A DNA stretch of 64,000 nt from Carpediemonas membranifera BICM (Eukaryota > Protista > Fornicata): the NCBI GenBank assembly GCA_019828565.1, contig JAHDYR010000064.1:310001-374000 (forward strand). The letters run 5' to 3'. The notes beneath the pieces were generated by a model. That model made no database searches and was not told the DNA's origin. It was given only the letters and a program-made list of their open reading frames with translations. Made by a program: the position numbers and the translations under genes. Positions 1-9,600 of the stretch are shown here, piece by piece; the stretch's first letter is position 1, and each line of letters starts with the position of its first letter.

Positions 1-687
1 GGGATGGCCCACGAGTTCGGGAACCTGCTGGCAGTTATCATGGGCAATGCGGACTTGGCGCTCGACCTTGCCGGACCTGACCCTTGTCTGATGGAGACGC
101 TGGAAGCAGTGGTGGAGGCATGCACGAAAGCAAGTGTGTTTACCGGCCAGCTGCTGGCGTACTCCGGGAAGGGCCAAATGGTGATGATGGACGTTAATTT
201 AACTAGTTTAATACGAGGGATGATTGATTTTATACAGGCCAGCCTGCCGCGAAATGTCACACTCACCCTGAAGTTGTCGCAGGAGAGTACGTTACCGCTA
301 ATAAGGGGTGACCCGTCTCAGCTCCGGCAGGCTGTCTCCGTCATCGTGTCCAACGGGGTCGAGGCCATTGGGACCAAGCCGGGTCACCTCATCATATCCA
401 CGGGCCACTGCCAGTGCGAGGGGAACCCTTGTGTCTGTCTGTCTGTCACGGACACGGGCGTGGGCATGGACGAGGAGACCCGCAGCCGACTCTTCGACCC
501 GTTCTACACAACTAAGGAAGCCGGCAAAGGTCTGAGCCTCGCAGCAGTCCACGGCATCATCTCCAACCACGGCGGGAAGCTCGAAGTAGCGTCAGCTCCA
601 GGCGAGGGCTGCACGATCACGGCCCGCTTCAAACCCGAGTCCAATGAATGCCAATGCAGCCCGAGCCAACAGGAGACCCAGGACTAA
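1..687 (+). CDS. Sensor histidine kinase, C-terminal part (HisKA + HATPase_c), 5'-truncated by window
   Basis: H-box GMAHEFGNLL, N-box QLRQAVSVIVSNGVEAI, G1 DTGVGMD, F-box FDPFYTTKE, G2 GKGLSL; frame open at position 1; TAA stop with no receiver domain after the kinase core. Confidence 0.92.
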   Translation, partial: GMAHEFGNLLAVIMGNADLALDLAGPDPCLMETLEAVVEACTKASVFTGQLLAYSGKGQMVMMDVNLTSLIRGMIDFIQASLPRNVTLTLKLSQESTLPLIRGDPSQLRQAVSVIVSNGVEAIGTKPGHLIISTGHCQCEGNPCVCLSVTDTGVGMDEETRSRLFDPFYTTKEAGKGLSLAAVHGIISNHGGKLEVASAPGEGCTITARFKPESNECQCSPSQQETQD

Positions 688-744
688 ATTTAACGGTAAT
701 AGGCGGCGGCACAGTGGGTTATAGGGCGGTGAGGATGCCAGTCT

Positions 745-1131
745 ATGGTGGTCTCTGGTTGTTCCCGCCTGGGACAGTCGCTCGACAGCATGCTCCATTA
801 CCTCATGGGCGCGCAGGAAGGGGAAGACGGGCATCCACAGTTCATCAAGCGCATTGATGCGTTAGAGGATGTTGCCTTGCAGATCGCGGAACCACCACAG
901 CTCTGCGTCCGCGAGCTTGTTGCTCTATCAGCAATGCGGTCCGGGAAACCCCCGATTCCGTCCACAATACGGGTTGATGATAAGGATGTGGACATCTCCG
1001 TCCTACTCAAGGCCATGGTGCCTCCAGATCTGCTTGCCAGCGAGCTTCAGTGGTCTGCAGAGAATCCGCTGCCTACTGACCAAGAGCTGGCGGGGATGCT
1101 GAGCAGGGAGAAGGCGGGTGTGGGAGTGTGA
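745..1131 (+). CDS. Hypothetical protein (128 aa)
   Basis: ATG-initiated ORF with protein-like composition directly after the kinase; no recognisable motif. Confidence 0.4.
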   Translation: MVVSGCSRLGQSLDSMLHYLMGAQEGEDGHPQFIKRIDALEDVALQIAEPPQLCVRELVALSAMRSGKPPIPSTIRVDDKDVDISVLLKAMVPPDLLASELQWSAENPLPTDQELAGMLSREKAGVGV

Positions 1132-1551
1132 TGGGTCGAGAACAGCATCGGGTTTGCTTTTGTCGAGGCACTAATGGATAAGCAACATGTGTGCAGATGA
1201 GTAGGAGAAATGCCGGATCGCTAGAAGCCAGTATTATGCACAGTATCACTGAATAGGTTCATACTGATCGTCTAAGAGCGTGTTCTCTCATGCTGAAACC
1301 ATTAGGCGCAATCGTTCATGGATTCTCGATGTGAACGATGATACAGCACGAAATGTCAAGTCATTAGTACACTTGCTACCTCTAAATGATGTTCCTAGTA
1401 CTAAACACTTCATATTTCTCATTACTACGGCATAAGGCACACATTTCGTTCCAAATTTTTAAAGCCATAAACTGAGCTGTATTTGACAAAGTGTTTGCAT
1501 GAACAGCTTGCATAGTATTTTTTGCCAATTGCCACCTAATTTCCCTGAGTA

Positions 1552-1926
1552 ATGCCCAAGGATACCGAAAAGAAGTCTTCCACCTCCAGGTCCGAGCGTG
1601 CCGGCCTGCAGTTCCCCGTTGGTCGTATCCACCGTCAGCTCCGTGACGGCCGTTACGCCAAGCGTATCGGTGCCGGTGCCCCCGTCTACCTCGCCTCCGT
1701 CCTCGAGTACATCACCGCTGAGGTCATCGAGCTCGCTGGAAACGCCGTGCGCGAGAACAACAAGCGCCGTATCACCCCCCGCCACATCCAGCTGGCCATC
1801 CGTCACGACGAGGAGCTTTCCCGCCTCTTTGCCGATGTGGTAATTCCTCAGGGCGGTGTTCTCCCCCACATCCACCAACGCATCCTGTCCAAGTCCAAGG
1901 GCAAGACCGCCACTCAGGAGGCCTAA
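1552..1926 (+). CDS. H2A: Histone H2A
   Basis: [58 protein letters not shown]; strong codon bias. Confidence 0.98.
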   Translation: MPKDTEKKSSTSRSERAGLQFPVGRIHRQLRDGRYAKRIGAGAPVYLASVLEYITAEVIELAGNAVRENNKRRITPRHIQLAIRHDEELSRLFADVVIPQGGVLPHIHQRILSKSKGKTATQEA

Positions 1927-2340
1927 AAATCGAAAATTATCCCAAAACGGTGTCAAAAGACACCAACAGCTAACCAACATCAAGTAGCGGGCGCATGGGT
2001 GACTGTAGTAAAACGTTTACACTTCTTCTTTCTGTTTCCCTGGTCATTCCGTATTCGACTTCAACTGGAGTCGAAGTTAGGACATAAGATGCACCTGGCG
2101 AAACTCGGCGTGTAGACGACTTGTGGTCGTTCTAATGTCATTTCATGATCTAGAAGCGCTGATATGTGCTAGCTCATGTTGTTATATTCAGCGTCATTTC
2201 AGCGCGGCTGTATGCTGTGGCCATCGTAGTTGTGGAGGTTCAAGAACACCGTGTGAAGGGAAATCGAGGATTCCTACCAGCGTGGTGCTTTTGAGCGCTG
2301 GACTTCGGTGTTCGCGCCCCTGGGCGTTTTCATCGGGTGT

Positions 2341-3640
2341 TTAGGCCCACCGAGACTGTTGATGCTGACAGCACCCGCCCGAGCGTGGGTTTCGACGACA
2401 GCGGAAGCCGCAATAACAATCTCTAGCATCGGGCAGAGACGGCTACGCGCTCTCATGTAGCCCTTCGCCCCAAAACGACCCTTTACTCACGCCAGCGTCG
2501 CCGACCCGCCCGCTTCCTCGCTCTCGTCGTCGACGTCCAGCTAGAGCTCCTCCTTGTCGACAACCCCCTTGCCCACACCAACGTCACCTATCGCCGGCAC
2601 GCCCCGCACGATCAGCGCGTGGCCGCCCCAGTGGAAGACGGCCAGCTGCAGCGCGATGGCGATGTCGGGGTTGACGACGAGCGAGGGCACCAGCACCGGG
2701 TTCGCGGCGGTCTCGACGTCCAGCTGGTGCCAGTCGTTCATGTCCACTGTTGACTCGACCTCTGCTGCACTTTGACGCTCTGCCGCCAAAATGTCTTTAA
2801 TGTCATAATGTCAAAATGCCCAGAGCTCGTTGTGGTCTGGGGTAGTCCGCAGTGTGAACAAAGCAAACGGGTCTACTACCAGGCCAGGCGGGTCTGAGGC
2901 GGCAGGGAAGACTGCCATCGGATTCGTCGAGGCCACTGTGGTATTCGCCAAAACAGACGCCGATCTTCGCAAGATTGGCATGCCCGCCGTCAACTCAACC
3001 TCATTAGCGCTCCGACTCTCGGGGGCAGAATTGTCTGACATAAAAGCTCGTTATGGTGTGGTTTCAATCCGCAGTCAATCTGAATATTTGAAAAGGCCAG
3101 GTCTGTGGCGGTAGGAGGAAACAGACTCCTCGCGCTTTCTTCCGCGGTTGCTGAGGTCGTCTCTGGGCTGACTCGCCATGACATGGGTATGCTAACAGAA
3201 ACCACGGCGAAATGTAAGTACGTTGATGAACTCGGCGCTGAATGCTACCCACAATGACCATACCGGTATAATTGCCACTGACTGATGCTCATTTACACCA
3301 TTCCTGGAGAGATCGCGGCATTCAGCGGAGATTACTTCTCACCGCTCTCGAAGGCGAAGTCCTCCCGGTGATCAACACATCCATTGTGCACACCATCATT
3401 GCCGTTCGTAGGACCAACGTTGCCCATTGCTTGTAGTTTTGTTATTCTCTTGGATTCACTGGACGAAGTGGGATGGAGTCAGAGTCAAATGCACTACAGA
3501 TCAGTATAACACCATCAGCACGGCCTGGTAGGGTCATATCCATCGTCTGAAACAACAGCATCTCAGGTGCGGGGCCAAGCCTGCCGTGGCCCAAACTCGG
3601 GCGACACGACACCAGCTGGATGTGGCAGGTATGCACAGCC
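2341..3640 (-). pseudogene. Possible decayed gene relic(s)
   Basis: Short minus-strand ORF fragments (2541-2789, 2811-3041, 2990-3205, 3442-3636); 2400-2790 has coding-like GC content and its frame continues past an internal TAG at 2541. Confidence 0.25.
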
Positions 3641-3713
3641 TTATACGGATTTCGCAGGATAGGGTCACACGCGGGGTGATGGAGTATGAACGAAAGATAA
3701 AATTTAGATCACA

Positions 3714-4955
3714 TTACTCGAAGAAGCCGGTGAGGTAGATGCGGGCCATGTCCTCGCGCTCGACCTTGACGGGGGAAAGGGCGAGGAGGCCGTCCATGCC
3801 GGGGCAGGCGATGGTGGCGTCGACGAGCTTCTCGATGCCGTCCTTGGTGAAGCCCATGGTGGCCATGGTGTCCTTGATGCCGACGGACTCGTGCCACTTG
3901 CGGAGAGCCTTGGCGACGTCCTGGGCCTCCTCGGGCTTGCCAGCGAACTCGCCGATCATGGGCTTGAGCACGTAGCAGAGGGTCTTGGCGGCGACCTCAT
4001 CGGCCCAGATGTGGGCGACAACGCCGGGCTGGAGGAGGGCGAGGCCGAGACCGTGGGTGAGGTTGGCGACGTAGGCGGAGAGGGTGTGCTCCATGGCGTG
4101 GGTGATGTGGAGCAGGGACTCGTCGAAGCTCATGCCGGCGATGCAGGCGGCGTAGTGCAGCCAGTAGCGGGCGCGGAGGTTGGAGGGCTCCTTGAGGGCG
4201 ACGGGGAGGTAGTGGGCGACGAGGTTGCAGACAGTGCGGCCGAGGTTGGTGGAGAAGGGGGTGGCGATGCTGGTGGTGGAGGCCTCGGTGACGTGGTTCA
4301 TGGCGTCAACGGCGGTGCAGGCGGTCTGGAAGGGGGAGGTGGAGCAGAGAAGGGCGGGGTCGTTGATGGAGATGTCGGGGTAGATGACGGGGGTGGCGAG
4401 TGCGGGCTTGAGGGGGATCTCCTCGTCGAGGATCGAGGCAACGGCGAACTTGTTGGCCTCAGTGCCGGTGCCGGCGGTGATGTTGATGGCGATCAGGGGT
4501 GCGCGGCGCTCGGCGGCGAACTGGAACTTGTAGAGCTCGCGGGCGGTCTTGTCCTTGTGCTCGAGGAGGACGGCGACAGACTTGGCCGAGTCGATGGGGG
4601 AGCCACCGCCGATGGCGACGACACAGAACTTCTCGTTGTACTTGGGGAGGAAGAGGTCGCGGCACTCATCGATGGAGGTGCAGGTGGGGTTGGTGACGAT
4701 CTTGTTGTACATGAGGTGCTCGATCTTCTTCTCGGCGAGGATCTTCTCGATGTGCTCCCAGGCGCCGCAGCGCTTGTAGGCGGAGTTAGAGCAGATGAAG
4801 CCGACGGTCTCGACGCCCATGGTTTCAAGGGCATCAGCGAACTTGGCGATGGCACCAACGCCGAAGTAGGTGGTCTGCTTGCGGGTGCCGTAGGTAAGAA
4901 CGACAGTCTTGTTGATGTCGACGGATTCACAGTAGTTGAGCTCAGCAGCGTCCAT
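3714..4955 (-). CDS. Iron-containing (class III) alcohol dehydrogenase
   Basis: GGGSPIDSAKSVA NAD(P)-binding motif, TAGTGTE, DAMNHVTE, HAMEH and HGLG metal ligands; ATG at 4955 (MDAAELNY); extreme C/G-ending codon bias. Confidence 0.95.
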   Translation of the reverse strand: MDAAELNYCESVDINKTVVLTYGTRKQTTYFGVGAIAKFADALETMGVETVGFICSNSAYKRCGAWEHIEKILAEKKIEHLMYNKIVTNPTCTSIDECRDLFLPKYNEKFCVVAIGGGSPIDSAKSVAVLLEHKDKTARELYKFQFAAERRAPLIAINITAGTGTEANKFAVASILDEEIPLKPALATPVIYPDISINDPALLCSTSPFQTACTAVDAMNHVTEASTTSIATPFSTNLGRTVCNLVAHYLPVALKEPSNLRARYWLHYAACIAGMSFDESLLHITHAMEHTLSAYVANLTHGLGLALLQPGVVAHIWADEVAAKTLCYVLKPMIGEFAGKPEEAQDVAKALRKWHESVGIKDTMATMGFTKDGIEKLVDATIACPGMDGLLALSPVKVEREDMARIYLTGFFE

Positions 4956-5301
4956 TTCCTTGTTTGTTTCAAGCGAATGCTTTCTGCCCCAGTCGATTCG
5001 ATCCGATGAGTCGTCCGCCCCGAATCGCAATCGCGACTGATCGCGATGCGTCAGGGGCCCTGGCCGCGGGGGGCGTCGGTCAGTTGCCGTTTCAGGCCCA
5101 CGAACGGCCTCGGGCTCGGGGCGGCACTCAGCCGATCCGATTCCAGATTCGACGATTTTTCGAAAATTGAACCGGGGCTGTCCGAGGCGGCCGCATGACG
5201 CTGGAAGCGGTAACGACTAGAGATGTGTGAAAATGACCTGTGCCTGCAGGCTGAGCCCGAAAGCAAATAAATCCATCGTCGGTCGTCAACAGTTGTTTAC
5301 C

Positions 5302-6068
5302 TCAGTAGTAGGCCGGGCCACCCTGGTGATAGTCGCGGGGAGGGCCCTGCTGCTGCGGCGGGTAGCCTTGCTGGGGAGGATACCCCTGTTGGGGCGGGTA
5401 GCCTTGCTGAGGGGGGTAGCCCTGGGGAGGATACTGACCGGGAGGGGGGCCCTGGCGCGCGTAGCCTTGGGGAGGGTAGCCCTGCTGCGGCGGGTAGCCT
5501 TGTTGGGGAGGGTAGCCCTGCTGCGGCGGGTAGCCTTGTTGGGGAGGATACTGGGCCTGAGGGGGGTAGCCGCCCTGTGGCGGATAGCTGGGAGGAGCAC
5601 CGTAGCCGGGCTGGGAAGGCATGGAGTAGGAGGGGTTGGGTGCACCGGCGACGGGCTGGCCGCTGTTGGACATAAACTGCATCTTGAGGTGGACGTTGCC
5701 GACACAGTGCTTCTTCTTCTTGTCACGGATCTCGACCCACTGATCGGCGGGCATCAGAGAACCAAGGAAGGTGATATCGAGCTTGCCCTTGCCAAGCTTG
5801 TCGTCCTTGCCGAGGTCGTGCTCCATGAGCTTGAGGGAGATCGGGCCGGAGCACTCGACGTTGGTGAACTCAAAAGTCTGGTTGAAGACGGGGTTTCTGT
5901 CGTTATTGACATGCTTCGTTTTCTCCTTGTGCTTGCCGAACTTCAGAACGACCTGTGTGAGCGAAGGTGAGGTTTCTACAGTACATAGGGATCAGGCATG
6001 CCAAAGCCATCTTTTTTCACATCACGGACCTCAACAACAGTGATTCTAAGTAGCCCAAGATGAGACAT
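5302..6068 (-). CDS. C2-domain protein with YPPQQG-repeat tail (exons 6068-5985 and 5952-5302)
   Basis: Splicing a 32-nt intron gives [28 protein letters not shown]|[29 protein letters not shown]...[16 protein letters not shown], a complete C2 fold. Confidence 0.9.
5345..5610 (-). repeat. Coding tandem repeat (about 18-nt unit, GYPPQQ)
   Basis: About 10 imperfect YPPQQG units in the translation. Confidence 0.9.
5953..5984 (-). other. Spliceosomal intron, 32 nt
   Basis: GTACTG...GCTCACACAG; removal restores the C2 DPY|VVL motif in frame. Confidence 0.88.
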
Positions 6069-6662
6069 TTGGGATTGTTTGTGTTGTGGTCAAAACTGGC
6101 AATTGAATGAATAGCACACTGGCGCACTGCATCTAGATGAGATGAGCCCGCATGACTGCTGGTGCCAACAGAACACGGCCATGTCAGCATCTTTGCAGTA
6201 TCTCCCAAACGGGAGATTATGTCACCATTCCAGGTCCACTCTGTCCTGACCCCACTAGACCATGAAATCGCCCAGATCGGAGCTTCCACTCTTATATATC
6301 GCCGCATAGATACTCATCAGGAGTAATTATGATTGGCTGAGATTCTTGCCTGGTGTGCGATCTTCTGACCTCTGAAGAAAGCATTGCACATGACTCTGTT
6401 TGAGTAGCAATGGCGCGGGTTGTGTGCAAGAGTGCTCCAACACGAGATCTGGTCGACTTCCTCTCATGAATCAATCATTTCCCTGGTGGATCCTGGCCAG
6501 AGGGTCTACCCTAGGCTGCTGCACGATGGCTCGCATGTTTTGTGGTATTTCACACCCTCAAGTGCGTCAGCGGAGACTCGTATCGAGAATCTACTGCATC
6601 TATTCATCAATCTCGCTCAAGAAACAAATTCGGCCCAAAAGCGAGGTCGATTGCTCATTTGA

Positions 6663-9600
6663 ATGGCTCGCGGCCTCCTCGGAGCGGATATGTGGGCTAC
6701 AATGCCATCTGATGGACGTATATCATCGTCACGCGGCGATGTGCCTTCAATGTCTCTTGCTGACGAGAACTTCGGCCCAAGTACAAACGGAGCGCTTCCA
6801 TGGATAGCGTTGAGGCTAACAATTGCTGTACGAGGTCAAGCTTACCATTTTCCACCGCTACTTTACACGGTCGGCCGCGTTTGTTCTCTCTATTTTCTGA
6901 TTTCCTTCGTCATTCAGCGCGACGACCTGCTGAGAAAGTACCTTGGCCTTGCGTTCCGTATACCCATCGCCGACGGCACGTTCTGCAATGCAGACACCAG
7001 CGATGCACTTATCTGGGCTTTCTTCTGTTCATACGGCATCTTCAGCGCGGCCCTTCTCGTCATGCTCGCCTTTGGCGCCAGTCTCACACCCAACGGGTCG
7101 CTGGCTGGCCGCGCCGTTATATCCGTGCACCACCTCGTCTCCACTGTGCTATTCATTCCCACCGTCCTCCTGTTCTTCCGCATCCATGAGCTCGGGGGGC
7201 CTTTGTCGGAAGTATCCATCGTGATAGACAACATATTCGGCTGGGTGTTCACTGTGTTCGCCCTCGTCATCATAGTTTCAGTCTCCACTGTCATCCGCCT
7301 CACGTTCTTCAACTTCACGCACTCTAACTCTGTTGAACACATGACCCAGCTCCCCTCCTTCCTACACGCCCTGGTGCCCCTCCAGCAAGCCCTATTCGTC
7401 ATAGGAATGTACACCATCGACGACGCTTCTACCCTCTTGAGCCAGACTCTGTGTGTGACCGCGGTCGGCGTGCTTCCCGTCCTCTTTGGTCTCCTCCTCT
7501 TCATATTCCCATTGCACGCTCACCCCGGCACTATGTCTGCTGATATCGCACTTATCGTAAGTCCTGGTATCGCGGGTATTGCCCACCTGTTCGGTGCAGC
7601 GTTCATTCTCTTTCCAGTCGCCCTCGTTCTTTACTTCGCATCATACGGCATAATACTCGCAAGATACTCTCTATTAACTTTCAAATTCGGCTTCCTACTC
7701 CGTCCAGACAGGAAGGAGCCAGATTCGGCTCAGATTTCAGTCCCACCCGGCGTGTTCGTCTGCCGGAGTCTGTTTTTCTACGCCTTTACACACTCTTGTA
7801 TCACCGGCCTCAGCATGGCGAAGATACGGCAAAAGCGGGACAGGCTTGACTTCCTCTCCTTCCACGACGAGAATAACGCCGATGCCGCCCGTATCTCCGA
7901 GATTCACCGGCTGTCTCACGTGTTACAAGCGGTCACGGACAATGCCGATACCCGACTCGGGCCGACGCTTTCTTCTCGGATCAGCCTGGCGATCTACGAA
8001 CAGTACGTGAAGGGCAACACCGACAGTGCCATCTTTGAGATCTTCAAGGCGTTCGAGCACGTGCGAGGCCCGCTCGACGCACTGCCCTGCATCTATCTAT
8101 ACTCTCTGTACCAGAACGCTGAGAACTCCCGCCGCAACCAGCACACTGGCTTCGACAGCGCCATGCTGAGACGGCTCCACGTGAAGCTCAAGACGGTGCA
8201 GCGGCAGGTGATGCAGGCGAAGCTCGCCATCAACACGTTCTGGAGCATCCTGGCTCGTGACAAGGTCGACATCCTCGAGCTGCATCGCGTGTCCGAGCAG
8301 ATTTACGCCCACGCCACGAGTGCTGAGCGGACATTTATCTGGCTCCTAGAGTACTTCCCCCAGCGGATTCCAGTCATTCGGATGTACGCGGATTTCCTCA
8401 AGAACGTCGCCCTCGCCCCCGACGCTGCCGAGAAGCTGGAGCTGTATGCCGACTACCTCACGAACAGAGATGATCCAGACAAAACCGAGGTTGCCGTCGA
8501 CTTTCGTCTCGAGTTCGAACATAAGCGTGTTCTTCGCAGCCGTAAGCGTGAGCACAGGTCTCCCCTGGCCACTGGGCTTGAGAGGACGCTCCGCCTCTCT
8601 CTCACGGTCATCGGCATTGCCATTACATCGATGCTTCTCTTCCAACTGACTCATTTCTTCACGGAGACGAAACTTCGAGCAGTTCACTGCGCCGCCTGGG
8701 AATACGCTGGCAGGCTGACCGAGGCAGACTTCCTGTTGCAAACTGTCACCAAGGCCTCGCTCTGGCCTGACTTACCAGTCCATCCTTTCGACTCGGAAGA
8801 CGCGCCCATTCTTGATAGAATTTCGCAGGTTAAGGCAGACACTAAGAAGTCGGTACAAGCCATGTACGACGCCATACAGTTCCCTGTGCTGACGTGGCTC
8901 TGGCCTGAGCTTGCTTCTATGGCTGCCGACCACGACTTGGCTGCAATTAACCCGGATTCGACGTTTGATCGCCCAGAGGCGCTGTTCGCCACCTCCTCGG
9001 CCCAGAGCGTGTCTCTGCTTGACCTGGCTACGTACTTTGATGAGATTCTCGAGAACATTGTGGCCGGCGAGACGGTGGAGAACTACATCGCCCATTACGC
9101 GCACTTCAACATCGAACACGCCCAGCTGCCGCGTCTCAACTACATAGTATCATTCATCGATGAAGCCATGCACACCCTCTTCATCTTTGACACAGCCGTC
9201 TCCTGTGTGGCTATCACTATCATTGTCGCGGCCGCTGTTATCGCCTACCCTTTCGTCTTCAGACGCCCCTCGTCGGCCGTCAAGCAGGCCCAGGAGAGGA
9301 ACCTCAACCTCTTCATGCGTATGGATAAGGGTATTGCCGCCATGATGGCCAGATCGACAGACCTCCACAAATCCGCAGGTTACATCCCTACAACCGGCGA
9401 ACTCGTCACCAATAGAGACCAGGACAGGCCCAGGCGTCTGTCCGTTGCCTCGGTGGCCTCAGACGCGCGTACAGCCACTTCTGTGGTCAGCATAGCTGGG
9501 TACGCGGCCGCTGAGTACTCAGCCAACAGCGAGACCGAGTTCTGCTCAGAGTCAGGGTCAGAGACGAGTGAGTCAGAGACGAGTGAGTCAGAGACTGCTG

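Noticed and set aside
3891-5009. 372-aa plus-strand ORF (also 16107-17429 +, 60974-62446 -, 49362-50294 -, 31450-32253 +)
   Set aside because: Antisense shadows of strongly codon-biased genes; no motifs
5026-5050. TCGCGA-based hairpin upstream of ADH
   Set aside because: Short CG palindromes in a GC-rich promoter; no recurrence to support a function
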